Assembly: GCA_963754925.1 (NCBI GenBank)
Contig: CAVWHX010000004.1
Span: 1,056,001-1,120,000 of the forward strand
Direction: 5' to 3'
Length of the DNA stretch: 64,000 nucleotides
DNA from: an uncultured delta proteobacterium
Lineage (GTDB): Bacteria; Myxococcota; B64-G9
Part shown: positions 37,684 through 49,600 of the stretch, one piece after another
Layout of the letters: each line of letters opens with the position of its first letter
How positions within the stretch are numbered: position 1 is the first letter of the stretch
The notes under the pieces: generated by a model
Seen by the model: only the letters and a program-made list of their open reading frames with translations
What the model was told of the DNA's origin: nothing
Databases searched by the model: none
Program-made: the position numbers and the translations under genes

Positions 37684-38817
37684 TCAACTCATCTTAGTCC
37701 CGCATTCCTGGCAAAATTTTGTGCCAGCGGGTTGTTCCTTGCCGCACGTTGGGCATTTGGCAGTGGCGGATAGTTGCGCCCCACAGTTGCTGCAGAACTT
37801 AACGCCGGCTGGGTTGGGACTTTGACATTTTGGACACTGAACGGCAACCAGCAGCTTCTCGCCGCAACCACTGCAGAACTTGGCGCTTTGCGGATTTTGT
37901 TGGCCGCATTTTGGACAGGCTCGAGTCCCAACGCCGGGCCCGGCCGCCGGCGCCGCTGCCGGTTGCGTGCCCGCCTGCATGGCCTGTGAAAGCATACCCG
38001 GCATCATCATTCCCATCCCAAAACCCATGCCCGCGCCAACCCCGGCGCCGGCCGTTCCCCCGGGCTGGTTGGCGGCGTCCTGAACGGCTTGGGCCGCCTT
38101 GAACTTCATGTATTGATCGAGATTGCCGACGGCCGCCATACCGGAGCGCTCGTCGATTTTCTTTTGCACCTCTTCAGGAGGCGTAATGGCCGAGATTAAG
38201 AAATCCTCGATCGCGATGCCGTACTTTGCGAAGTCGTCCCTGACGAGCGCCTTCATCCCAGCTCCGATTTCGTTATACAAACGGGCCAGGTCGAAAATGG
38301 TCTTGAGGTTTTCACCGAGGAAATCGGCCAAACGGCTGACGACGACGTTTCGCAGAAAATCGGCAATCTGCGGGGTCGAATACACACCCTGCGTGCCGAC
38401 TATCTTGTTCACGAATACTTGGGCGTCCTCCACTCTGAACGACATCACGCCAAAAGCCCGCAGCCGCACCAGCATGAGTTCGGTGTCGCGGAAGGGGATG
38501 GGCTCTTTGGTTCCCCACTTTTGATTGATGAAGACCTTGTGGTTGACAAAGTATACCTCGGCCTTGAAGGGAGTGTCGCCTTTGAACACGGCGAGGTTGA
38601 GCGTCTGGCCGAGTATCGGAATATTGCCCGTGGTGAGGGTATGTCGACCGGGGCCAAAGGTGTCTAGGGCCTTGCCGCTGCGGAAGAAGACGGCGCTCTG
38701 GCTCTCGCGCACGATCACCTGTGCGCCAATCTTGAGATCGGCGTCACCGCTGGCTGGAAAACGGCTGACGATGAGCTCCCCGGTTTCATCCAAGCTTTGA
38801 ACTACTTCTATGGGCAT
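37684..38817 (-). CDS. SPFH/band-7 domain protein with tandem zinc ribbons (YdjI-like)
   Basis: VRESQSAVF..G...FGPGRHTLTTGNIP, KWGT.EPI.FRD, Gly/Met-rich linker and three CPxC..KFC..CG ribbons. Confidence 0.9.
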   Translation of the reverse strand: MPIEVVQSLDETGELIVSRFPASGDADLKIGAQVIVRESQSAVFFRSGKALDTFGPGRHTLTTGNIPILGQTLNLAVFKGDTPFKAEVYFVNHKVFINQKWGTKEPIPFRDTELMLVRLRAFGVMSFRVEDAQVFVNKIVGTQGVYSTPQIADFLRNVVVSRLADFLGENLKTIFDLARLYNEIGAGMKALVRDDFAKYGIAIEDFLISAITPPEEVQKKIDERSGMAAVGNLDQYMKFKAAQAVQDAANQPGGTAGAGVGAGMGFGMGMMMPGMLSQAMQAGTQPAAAPAAGPGVGTRACPKCGQQNPQSAKFCSGCGEKLLVAVQCPKCQSPNPAGVKFCSNCGAQLSATAKCPTCGKEQPAGTKFCQECGTKMS

Positions 38818-38894
38818 ATCGGTCCTCCTGACCTCGTTTCTTTCGTTGAACGGTCACCAACCAAAAACAATATCAGAGCCAGGAGCGACACGTC

Positions 38895-39392
38895 TTATTC
38901 GCGCTCCGGTTGTCCGCCGTAGTCACGCAGTATTTGCTCCCGCTCATTCAAGGCCTGGTTCATCTCCTTGAGGGTGCGCGTCAGTTCGTTGAAGGTGGCT
39001 GTGCACGCCTGCTCGTCGCTGATGTCCCCCAATCCTCGAAGACGATCGAGTAAATCAGTGACGTGTTCGGCGAGCTTTTGATCAGCGGCATGTACGCGAT
39101 CGAGGCGCTCGCGATCAATCTTACCCTTGCCGAACCATTTACCAGAAAAGCCATAGTTGGCATACCGCACGCGATCGGTCACCTTGGAAAGAATTTGGGT
39201 AACGTTCTCGGCTGGATTGAGAAGCGCGAGCTTCTGGTTTGCGGCTAGTGATGCTTTAATGTCGTCAAAAAGATCTCGGCCTTCCCGCAGTCGTTGGGTA
39301 AGAAATTCCCGCAACAACTTGTCGGTATTCCGGCTGTCCTCGCGTTCCCGATAGCCTTTATACCCAGGCAATACGGTTTCCCAAAATCCCAT
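38895..39392 (-). CDS. Conserved helical hypothetical protein (upstream partner of the SPFH gene)
   Basis: ATG 39392 after GGAGGT. LPGYKGY.ERE..R..DKLLR...YGFSG motif. Confidence 0.8.
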   Translation of the reverse strand: MGFWETVLPGYKGYREREDSRNTDKLLREFLTQRLREGRDLFDDIKASLAANQKLALLNPAENVTQILSKVTDRVRYANYGFSGKWFGKGKIDRERLDRVHAADQKLAEHVTDLLDRLRGLGDISDEQACTATFNELTRTLKEMNQALNEREQILRDYGGQPERE

Positions 39393-39582
39393 ATATACCT
39401 CCCGAATGACGAAAAATGCATGGGCATTTTTCGGATTAATAGATAAACCCCAAGGAGCCAACCTACGACAACTATTATATATACGGTATGTGTCAAGGAG
39501 TGAATAAAAAGTTGCAACGAATTAACCGATACCGCTAATATCGCTTCGAGCGGTTATGGGGAAAAATCCCGGGGGATGCCCG

Positions 39583-40413
39583 GTGGCAAAGAATGACGCG
39601 TTCACTCTCCGGTGCTGGGGCGCACGGGGGTCGCTTCCGGCCCCGGGCCCAGACACCAACCGGTACGGTGGTAATACCTCCTGCTGGGAAGTTCGGGTAG
39701 AAGATTGGATCTTCATCCTTGATGCGGGCTCGGGAATTCGGCTGTTAGGCGATCATCTGCAGTCTCATTCAAAACGCCTCAACGCAACCGTATTGCTCAC
39801 CCATTACCACTGGGATCACATCCAGGGGTTTCCCTTCTTCGCGCCCGTCTACGAACCCAAAAATTCCTTTGCCATCTACGGTGAACCGCGCGGATCGCTC
39901 ACCGTCAAGGATATCCTTGCAGGACAAGTGGCTTTTCCCTACTTTCCGGTATCGCTGAAACAGATGAAGGCCCGATTAGAATTTTTCGATGTCGGGCCGC
40001 GGATGATGGTACGACGAGGCCCCGTGATTATTAGAACCGAGGCGCTCAACCATCCTGGTCGCTGCCTTTCATATCGGATAGATTACGCCGGCAAATCAAT
40101 TGTTTATGCAACTGACACCGAGCATGGTTCAACGCTCGACCAACGATTGGTTCGGCACGCCCAAGGTGCGGATATATTTATCTACGATGCGGCCTATACG
40201 GACGATGAATTTAGACATGGTAAAAAGGGTTGGGGACACTCGACGTGGCGGGAAGGTGTTAAGGTGGCCAGGGCGGCCGGGGTGCGCGCGCTGCTCTTGT
40301 TCCACCACGAACCAAGTCGAACCGATCGCGCCATAGCCGCCATCGAAAAAGCCGCACATCGAATGTTTAGCGGTGCGGCCGCTGCCCGTGAAGGCGAATT
40401 GTACATTCCGTGA
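39583..40413 (+). CDS. MBL-fold metallo-hydrolase (RNase Z-like/cNMP phosphodiesterase-like)
   Basis: WGARGS.P, YGGNTSC, DAGSG, THYHWDHIQG, TDTE, GWGHS and FHH. Confidence 0.9.
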   Translation: MAKNDAFTLRCWGARGSLPAPGPDTNRYGGNTSCWEVRVEDWIFILDAGSGIRLLGDHLQSHSKRLNATVLLTHYHWDHIQGFPFFAPVYEPKNSFAIYGEPRGSLTVKDILAGQVAFPYFPVSLKQMKARLEFFDVGPRMMVRRGPVIIRTEALNHPGRCLSYRIDYAGKSIVYATDTEHGSTLDQRLVRHAQGADIFIYDAAYTDDEFRHGKKGWGHSTWREGVKVARAAGVRALLLFHHEPSRTDRAIAAIEKAAHRMFSGAAAAREGELYIP

Positions 40414-40548
40414 AGCTTCGAATAATGCCCCGTAGAGAGAACGGTTGCTGGTTGCTGAGGAATTCGACTTGATGAATTCTCGAGTTACCGTACCTGCCTA
40501 TCTATCATACGGACTCAGCATAGCCTAACGTCCCCACTGTTAAAAAGG

Positions 40549-40596
40549 TTGACATCCCTTGACAACTGACTAAACTCACTAGACTGACGCGTCAGT
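40549..40596 (+). promoter_or_regulatory. Sigma70 promoter and palindromic operator upstream of activase gene 1
   Basis: TTGACA (40549-54), 16 nt, TAAACT (40571-76), then perfect palindrome ACTGACGCGTCAGT (40583-40596). Confidence 0.6.
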
Positions 40597-40644
40597 ATGG
40601 CAGGCTATTTTTCTTGTAATAGTTTGATATTAAAGGATTTATCT

Positions 40645-43600
40645 ATGCAAGGGGTAAGTAGTTGTATTGGGGTTGACATAGGGGCCCTATTCATCAAAGC
40701 GGTCAGATTGAGCAGTTCGGGGACTGTTCTTTTTAGCACCTACTCTCAACATAAAGGGGATCCGGCGAAAGCCTTTGAGGAGGTGTTGACAAATCTGAAA
40801 ATCAAAGAAGTTGAACCGATCGGTGTAACCGGTTCGGCCTCAAGATTAATCGCCGCTACCCTGGGTGTGCCACACCTTGATATCACCCAGTGCCAAATTG
40901 AGGCCATACGCCACCTTCTACCTGACGCCAGGTTAATAATGGATATTGGCGGGGGTTCAGCTACTCTCATCCAGCTTGATGGTGATGGACAATTTCAAGG
41001 CTACGCAACCAACTCATCCTGTGCAGCGGGCACGGGATCGTTTCTTGATGAGCAAGCGTCGCGGCTCGGTATTTCATATGCCGATGTTCAGGGTTTCAAC
41101 TATGTCGAAGACCCGCCTTCGATAGCCACTCGTTGTTCGGTATTTGCAAAAAGTGATCTCATCCACCGTCAGCAGGAAGGCTACAGCAAAGCCGCGATGT
41201 GGTCAGGGTTGTGCAAGGGGATGACCCGCACACTGCTTGCCACGCTGCTCAACGGCAAGCCGCTGGACGAACAGGTGGCGGTGATTGGCGGGGTGGCCCA
41301 AAATCGCGAGGTGTTGCGTTGGTTGCATCAGAGCGCGCCGGAATGCATCCAGGTTCCGACCGCACCGCATCTGGTGGCCGCTATCGGCGCCGCGCGTCTT
41401 GCCACCAAAACGGATGCGCATGCCTCGCATTCTCTCATTGCCGGCACCATCGGCGATCCCGAGCAAAGCCGCTATCCGTGGCCGCTCACCTTAGAAAAAT
41501 CCCGGTTTCCTTCTTTCGAGACGGCCGAGAGCTATCTTGACGAGAGCCAAAATGAGATTCGCATCAACAGCTGGCCGCAACGTAAAACCGTAAGCGGGTA
41601 TTTGGGGATCGACATCGGCTCGACCAGCACCAAGCTGGTTCTGATGGATGACCAGGAGCAGGTGCTGCTGGATATATACCGAAAGACGTCAGGCGACCCT
41701 ATCGGCGCGACCAAGCTGCTCTTCCAGGCATTACGCGAGGCTGCGGACCGCAGAGGCGTACGGCTCGATATTCAGGGTGTGGGCACCACCGGCAGCGGGC
41801 GTAAGCTGGTTGGCAATGTGCTCGGCGCCGACGCCATTATCAACGAGATTTCGGCGCATGTCGCCGGCGCGCTTAAGCACGGACGCGAACATCGACACCA
41901 TCTTTGAAATCGGCGGCCAGGACTCCAAATACATGTACATTCAGGACGGCCATATCTGCGACGCCAACATGAACTACGTATGCGCCGCCGGCACCGGCTC
42001 GTTTGTGGAAGAGCAGGCCAATAAACTCGGCTATCCGGTGCACAAGGTTGGCGAGGCCGTGCTGGGACTGTGCCCGCCCCGCACGAGCGATCGCTGTACC
42101 GTGTTTATGGAGCAGGATGTCGCCCGCTTGATCCAGCTGGGCTTCAGCCCGGAGGAAGCACTGGCCGGGGTGATGGTATCGGTCGTGAAGAACTACCTCA
42201 ACAAGGTGGTCGGCAACCGTCCGCGCAGCCGCCGCAGGATCTTCTTTCAAGGCGCCACGGCCCGTAATCCAGCCCTGGTCGCGGCCTTTGAGCGCGTGTT
42301 GGGGGTACCGATGGTGGTCTCCCCCTACTGTCATGTGATGGGCGCTTACGGCGTCGCGCTGGTTACCCGCCGATTGATGCAGGAAAAAGGTCAGAACAAA
42401 TCCACCTTCCGGGGACTGGATCTCGATAAGCGCGCCATTTCGATTCGCTCGGAGAAGTGTCGGTTGTGCCAGAACGATTGCCACATCACCGTTGCCGAGA
42501 TCGAAGGGATACCCGAGACCCCGTCCTGGGGGTATATGTGCGGACGCGATCCCGAAGAGACCAAGGTGCGAACCAACCCACATGAACAGCCGCTGCGTCT
42601 GCGGCAGAAGCTGTGGCGCGAAGCCGGTGCTGGTATAGCCGTCGATGAGCATGCCCCGGTGGTGGGTATTCCCCAGGCGCTGACAACCTATACGTACCTG
42701 CCGCTCTGGCGAACTTTTCTCAACCGTTTGGGGTTCAAGGTCGAACTCTCCGGGACCACCACCCTTGCGACTCGCGGGCAGGGCACGCGCATAAGCGGCG
42801 CCGAATTTTGCTTTCCAGCGAAAGCCGCTATCGGTCATGTCGCGACCCTTGCCAGCCGCGAAGGAGTCGACTTCATTTGGCTACCGCACCTGGTTAGCGA
42901 GGCCCCCAGCAAGCAAACCACCGGGTCCAAGTTTTGCCCCTATGTGCAAGCGTTTCCGGCATATGTCCGGACTTCTCTCACCCTCAATGGGATGGACGTT
43001 TCGCGTTTGCTCAGTCCGGTTATCGATCTGCGGCTCTCGGAGCGCCGTCAGCTCAACCTCCTTTTCGAATCTCTGTCCGCGCCGTTGCACTGCACGTATG
43101 CGCAGATTCGAGATGCGTGGCGAAAAGCACTCGCCTGCCAGCGGGAATTTGAGCGGCGCTGCCAGGCGGAAGGTCAGCGTATCATGGCCGAGGCACGGCG
43201 CAACGGTGAGAAACTCTTGGTGCTCATAGGCAGGCCCTACAACAACTTCGATAGCGGCCTTAACCTGGGTTTGCCCGTGAGGCTCGCCGAACACGGCAGG
43301 ACCGTCATTCCACTCGAGTTTTTAGGCGCCAACCTAGGGCGGTTGGGGAAGCGTTACCAAAACAGCTATTGGAGCTATGGTCAAAAGATCTTGTCGGCGC
43401 TTGAGCAGATTGCTTCGAGCGATTGGTTGGATGTGGTGTATCTGACGAATTTCAACTGCGGCCCGGACAGCTTTTTGCTGAGCTACGCGCACGAGATTCT
43501 CGGCAACCGTCCGTTTCTAGCGTTGGAGCTCGACGAGCATGGCGCCGATGCCGGCTATCTCACTCGGGTCGAGGCGTTCTTCGATGTTCTGCAGCGCCCC

Positions 43601-44869
43601 GGTACCACGCCAAAAGAGCGTCGGCCGTATCGCCCCGAGTCCGACCACCTCAAGGATCGCACCCTGTGGTTGCCGCCCATGCATCAGCTCGGCACGCCTC
43701 TCCTTGCCGCTGCCTTTCGGCGACACGGTTTTGACGCGCGGCCCCTCCCGCCCGAGGACCAGGAAGCCTTTGAGCTGGGTCGTTCGGTTACCCGCGGGGC
43801 CGAATGTCTCCCTACCTCCTTGACCATTGGCGCGCTCCTGAAGACGTTGCGCGGCCACCGGAACGGGAACCGGCACGCCTTTTTTATGCCTACCGCCGAA
43901 GGGCCCTGCCGATTTGGCCAGTACTGCCTCCTGCATCGCCAGGTGCTCGACCGCATGGGATATTCTGATGTGGCCATCATTTCCCCATCAAGCTTCAACA
44001 GCTACCAGGGACTTAAGGAGTCCCTGCGCCGCGATCTGTGGAAGGCGACGCTCGCCAGCGACATTCTCTACAAGGCCATTCTTAAGGTTCGTCCCTACGA
44101 GCGGGAGCCTGGCACCACTAACCACGTTTTGGATGAAGAGCGGCGTCGGCTCGAAGAGCGCATCGCCGCAGGAAGCGATATCCACGCGGCGCTTGAGCGT
44201 TCGATACAGCGGGTAGCATCGATACCGCGACGGGACGAGCCAAAACCGCTGGTCGGCGTGGTTGGCGAGATCTACGTTCGGTGCAACTCGTTTGCCAACG
44301 AAGATGTCATCGGGGCAATCGAGCGCTTCGGGGGCGAGGCCTGGCTCGTGCCGATGTCCGAGTGGATTATGTATACCACCGCATGCCAGGGGATTTCGTT
44401 CAGGGATCGCTCGCGTAACTTCATCAAACGCTGGGTGTCCCAACTTAAGAATCGCTATGTCATGAACCAAGAGAAGCACTTCACGGCAGCGGGGGGGCAG
44501 TTACTTGCCGACCGCCACGAGCCGCCCATCATGGAGGTTCTCGACAACGGGACGAAGTTCCTACCCATCAACTTCGAGGGCGAGGCAATTTTAACCGTCG
44601 GTCGTTCGATCTCCTTTGCACGCCAGGGAGCGGCGCTCGTGGTTAATTGCGCTCCCTTCGGGTGTATGCCGGGAACCATCAGCACGGCCATCTTCCGTCA
44701 GCTCTCTGCGCAAATAGGAATTCCGCTCGTAAACCTCTTCTACGACGGCCAAGGCAATCAGAACGCCCGGCTGGAAGTGTTTCTTTTGAACGCCATCCAG
44801 AAGATGCGTGCTGCTCGCCTCTCGCTGCCGGCCGCCCAGAAGCCGTCTGCCGCACACGTAGCGGCGTAG
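40645..44869 (+). CDS. CoA-activase/reductase fusion (2x BcrAD/BadFG ATPase + DUF2229 + dehydratase-like), PlsA/Ger-like; frameshift near 41872
   Basis: CAAGTGSF twice, RCSVFAKSD/RCTVFME, GIDIGSTSTK, EIGGQDSK, C.LCQN.C, FNCGPDS, LELDEH, GPCRFGQY, VGEIYVR and PFGCMPG. The two ORFs join at GCGCTTAAGCACGGAC. Confidence 0.85.
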
Positions 44870-44930
44870 AATGGCATAAATAGTTATTTATCGAGACGAC
44901 TGATATTGAGAAGCAACCAGGATGAATAGT

Positions 44931-45521
44931 TTATTTACAAAGAACCGATTCAGCTCTTCTTAACCACAGCTTCAAGGAGTGAGCATCATCGGGAATTGTA
45001 TTTAGGTTGGCTTTTTCTACCAGTTCGACCATCGCACGCGTATCTTTTTCTTTTACTCCAAGTTCAGCGAGAACCTCTTCTCGTCTACGAATATCTTCTG
45101 ATTTCGTCTTGCCACAAAGCGCCACAAGCCACGATTCCAATCGTTCTATGGCAACACCGCCAATGATTGCTGGTCCGGTAGGATGATCCTCTTTGGCTTT
45201 TGTGATGCCTTCCTCGACATCTTTTTCGCGCTGCGAATTACGATCACGGTCTCTTGCGAATGCTACAGCTTGGCATTGGTGTTCCTTGGCGAATAAGACC
45301 AAGCCTCTGATGTTTCTAACCTCTACGTTGCCGTGTTCATTGATTCGTAATTTTCGAATGCGCTTCCAAGCAATCGCTTCAACTACTTGCCAGCCATCGG
45401 GGCATACCCGCCGAAGAAGCGTCTCTATCACTCCAGGAAATGCTGGATCACGATACGGAGCTTCTCTTGCCCAACTTCCCAATTCGTTGGGTCCCTCTCC
45501 GGCAAGAAAGATGCGGATCAT
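44931..45521 (-). CDS. TOPRIM-like (DUF4276/RloB-like) protein
   Basis: LAGEGPNE, ARDRD (DxD) and IERLESWL. Its start overlaps the ATPase stop (TGATG). Confidence 0.65.
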   Translation of the reverse strand: MIRIFLAGEGPNELGSWAREAPYRDPAFPGVIETLLRRVCPDGWQVVEAIAWKRIRKLRINEHGNVEVRNIRGLVLFAKEHQCQAVAFARDRDRNSQREKDVEEGITKAKEDHPTGPAIIGGVAIERLESWLVALCGKTKSEDIRRREEVLAELGVKEKDTRAMVELVEKANLNTIPDDAHSLKLWLRRAESVLCK

Positions 45522-46609
45522 CAGATGTGCTCCGACCCCGTAAGCAGCGGCTTTTCATCATCACCATTGGCATAACTGACCCATAATTCCCCTAATGCAT
45601 AGACCTTTGATCGCTCCTCAAAATTTGGTGTTTCAGAAATAGCTCTTGTTTCGGTGCCCCTATCTTTATCTCTTGTCACAACCGTCACCTCATTCCCTTG
45701 CAACTCATTTATTACCAATGGGCTGTGGGTGGCGATGAGAACCTGCGTCTTTTTTGAAATTTCTCTGAGGACCTGCATGATGTCCTTGATTCTGGCAGGA
45801 TGCAGTCCATTTTCAGGCTCCTCGACCAATAACAGGGAAGTTGGTGAAAGATAGGGGATCGCAGCAAAAGCCAGGTAGTAAAGCAACCCTTCGCTCAAGA
45901 ATTGAGCAGGGACGCTCTGACCGTCATTGAGTTCGACACCTAACGATTTTAAATCGGTACTCTCGTTACGAAGCTGAACATTCTTAATAGTTGGAAAAAG
46001 CTTTTTTACATCTTCAACAATCTTCCGGTAATCATCGTCTCCACGGTTACGGATGGCATCGTACACACCAGGAAGACGAAACCCTCGCTCGTCTTTGAAA
46101 TCCACTATCTCGTTGTCTGGAATGAGCTTGCTTGGTTGGCGAAGCGCATCAGGATCAAAACGTACTAGCCGAGCGCCGGAAATCTGCAGCCACTTTTCAT
46201 ATGGTTCTCTAGAGATAGAATATAGTCCAATTTGAGACATGTTGTCTATCAACTGGTTATGAATATATAATTCTTCTTTATCTTGTTCTTCTGGATTTCG
46301 AGTAATTCTGTATAATACAGGGCTTCCTAATAGTTTATAACCAATTTGAACCTCATCATTTTTTTCTCTATTTTCAACAATTGAATCAAATGGCAGAGCT
46401 TTTTTAGCCCCACGAAATGGAACACCAGAAGCCATTCTATAACCTGACTGTGACGAAGCTTGAACCACATTCTTTTCTGCGCGTAGCAACGTGCTTTTTC
46501 CACTATCATTGGGGCCGATGAATGCGTGCAGAGGCGTTAATTTCACGTTGACTTTTTTCAGGCAACCAAAGTTCGTCACTCCAAGGGATTCGATAAATGC
46601 AGTGGTCAT
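45521..46609 (-). CDS. AAA_21/OLD-type ABC-fold ATPase
   Basis: NFGCL, GPNDSGKS, LSEG, LLVEEPENGLHP, ATHSP and C-terminal LGELW. AT-rich coding sequence. Confidence 0.9.
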   Translation of the reverse strand: MTTAFIESLGVTNFGCLKKVNVKLTPLHAFIGPNDSGKSTLLRAEKNVVQASSQSGYRMASGVPFRGAKKALPFDSIVENREKNDEVQIGYKLLGSPVLYRITRNPEEQDKEELYIHNQLIDNMSQIGLYSISREPYEKWLQISGARLVRFDPDALRQPSKLIPDNEIVDFKDERGFRLPGVYDAIRNRGDDDYRKIVEDVKKLFPTIKNVQLRNESTDLKSLGVELNDGQSVPAQFLSEGLLYYLAFAAIPYLSPTSLLLVEEPENGLHPARIKDIMQVLREISKKTQVLIATHSPLVINELQGNEVTVVTRDKDRGTETRAISETPNFEERSKVYALGELWVSYANGDDEKPLLTGSEHI

Positions 46610-46697
46610 GACCACCTCCCAACATGTATACGAGGCAATTTCGCATAGGTTGCAAAAGGGATCAATATATTAGGAAATGGTATTGCAACGCGTATGT

Positions 46698-49600
46698 CTA
46701 AAAAATCCGTTTCGAAACTCTGGTCTGGTTTTGCCTTTTTCTCATATGGGCGCGTTCGCAGAGCGCTTCGAGGCGGGTGTCGGTGTTGGTTTCCTGCAGC
46801 CCGTCAAACGACAAGGTGGCAATGGGCGGCGAGCCGGGCTCCTCGGAAAGCCTCTTGAGGAGCGTGTCCGATACCATGCCGATCATGCAGTTGTGGCAGA
46901 TGGCGTTGATCACCCCGTCGGCGCCGGTATGTATGGCCTCGAGAGCAAGGTTTATGTTTTGGGCCAGGGTGCCGTCCACGTCATGGATGAGCCGGTTCTT
47001 GAGGCGGCGATCAACGGTCCACCACGACCAGCCTCGAAGGTGCACGCCAAAGCCTTCGCCGAAGCCGCGCCTGCTTTGCAGCTTCAAGGCAGTCATCGTC
47101 TGGATGGCGAAAAGCAGAGCGTTTTGAATGGCGGCCTTTTTCTCGCCACGGCGCACGGCGCTCAACACCGATCCGAAACCGTCGTGCCAGAGCGTGTCTG
47201 AAAACATCGGCGGGGTCCGCACGACGCAACCCAGCGCCTCAATGCGGCGGAAGAGGTCGGCGTTGGCAATCGGGCTTATGCGGGTGAAAATATCGCCGAC
47301 CACCGCCACCTGCGGCCGCTCCGGATCGCGGGGCCCGGTGGCGCCCTGGAAACGCTCCCGGCTGCGCTGCAAACAGGCCGCTACCGTTCCCCGAACGATG
47401 GCATCATCGAGGTCCTCGAGGCTTTCGGCGTGAGCTCGATCCACCAGGCCGTTTTTTCGCTCGAACGGCCGGCACTGGGTGCGCAGTTGATTCAGAATCT
47501 CGACCGCGATCATCCCTTCCCAGGCGCGTATCATGGTGGGCAACGAAAAGTAATTGCGGTACTCCGCTCCCGGAGCATCGTCAACCACCACATCGGCAAA
47601 CCCCAACGTGCGTAAGGCCAGCTCGAATCCGGCCGGGAATTGGCTTAGTAAACACGGCCCGGCGGTGGAGAGCAAAAACAAACGCGCCCGCGATAAGTTT
47701 TGATCCGATCGGGAAAGAAACGAAAGTACGTTGCCCAGAAGGTAGGCGAACGGGTTGCATTCACGACCCCAGCTGTGGGCTCGTCCGAGCACGAGCGCTG
47801 CCCGGTCTATCGGCGGCAAAACCCGCGCCTCGACACCTTCACGCTCGAACGCCGCACGCAGGACCAAAGCGTGCTCGGCAAATCGCGGGATATACACGAC
47901 CCGACCGGCCAATACCTTCTGGTGGTGCGGCAGCGGAGTAAAACCTTTTTGACCTGGCGCAGTGCGCGTCGCCACGCTGGCGCTGCCGAGATAGGCCTGC
48001 AAACGGGTGATAAGACCGGCCTCGGCGGTGTGCTCATCCAGCTCGAGCGTCAGGAGCGGCTTCGAACCGCGGTTTTCCTTGAGATAACGCCCGGCGAAAC
48101 TGTCCGGTCCACACCCGAAAGCCGTCACCACCACCGGCAGGAGATGAGGGCGATCGTCAAGCCATTGGATGGTTCGTAAATTATCCCGGCACGCACGCCA
48201 GTACAACCGCGTCCAGCCCTCGCCGAGGGCGATCTGCTCGACGGGGAGCACCTCGGCCGGGATAACGGTAAAGCCGCAGCCGGCGATGCGGGTTGGCAGC
48301 GCAAACGACAACAGCGGATCGTGGAGTTGATACGGCCGGCCAATGAGGACCACGGCGGCTTGGTCTTTGATTTCCAAAAGCGCCTGCCGGCCAATTTCCC
48401 GGAGTCGATCGTGGAAGGCCGCCAAGTTTTTGAAGCCAGCCGCAACCGCCTGCTCGATCTCACCGCGGGTGCAACCGAGCATCCGGCCAAAGTGCCGCCA
48501 CAGCCGCTGGGACTCAGAATTCTGCGGGAACCTGCCGAGGTCGAGGCGCGGGCTCAACAAACGAGCCTTCGGAAATCCTGCCCGAGCAAGATCGGGCAAC
48601 GTCTGTGCGTAGGTGCAGGGTGTCGAGTTGAGGACGTTATGTTCCTCACCGGTCGGAGGCGGCAGACTGGCGTAAGAAGGGAGAAAGATCCAGTCGATCT
48701 GACGATCGACTGCGATCTGACGATCGACTGCGATCTGACGATCGACTGCGACCGCGAGATCGAGTGCGTTTTTTCGATCGAGCGCTGTTTCGTGGCGGTC
48801 GATCAGATTGCGTACATGTCCAATGGCAAGTTTGACCCCGAAGCATTGTTCGGAAAGCACCCCGGCAAGCCCGCGCCGGTACAACTCACGGGTGCTTACC
48901 GTACTCGGTACCAATCGTCGGCCGAGGGTGTTGAAGAATCCTACCCAAAAGGGCATAAGCGGAATGTTCCAGAGCGCGCGCGGGTATCCGATCGCGCCGG
49001 CTGACGGCAGGTTTTCAGGCTGTTTGGTTATGGTCTCGTCAAGCGCGGCCCGGGTGGCCCGCACAAAGCGGGTATGGTGAATGATATCAGCGCGTCGTCC
49101 CTCGTCCTCATACCGATCGCACCCGCCGCCAAAGGCGAGGGCGCGCGTACCGTCCATACGAACCTGGATGACCTCGCACGAGTTGTGACAGTGCGTGCAC
49201 GTAAAGTACTGCGTGGTGGCGCTCGATCGAGCGTTATCAAAGCCAATGAAGGTGCTTGGGCGTGCGGTGGCCCGGTGATGTTCGGCGGCGAGCAGCGCGG
49301 CGCCGACCGCGCCGGTCAGAGCGTGGTATGGATGTACTCGTACTGGTTGGCCGAGAAGGGCTTCAAAAGCCGCCACCACCGCTTCATTGGCGGCCACCCC
49401 GCCCTGAAACCAGATACGCTTGCCGAGCGTGCGACCCTCGACCACGTGCTCGAAATAGTTTTGCGCCACCGAAAATGCAAGTCCGGCCAGTAGATCGTCG
49501 CGGCGGCAACCCTGCTGTTGGTGGTGAATCAAATCCGAATCCATGAACACCGTACAGCGACTGCCCAGCGCTACCGGCAGAGAACTGGAAAACGCCTTGC

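Noticed and set aside
41860..41910. Programmed ribosomal frameshift in activase gene 1 (and at the other breaks)
   Set aside because: There is no canonical slippery heptamer, the break falls mid-domain, and the paralogue is continuous. An indel error is simpler.
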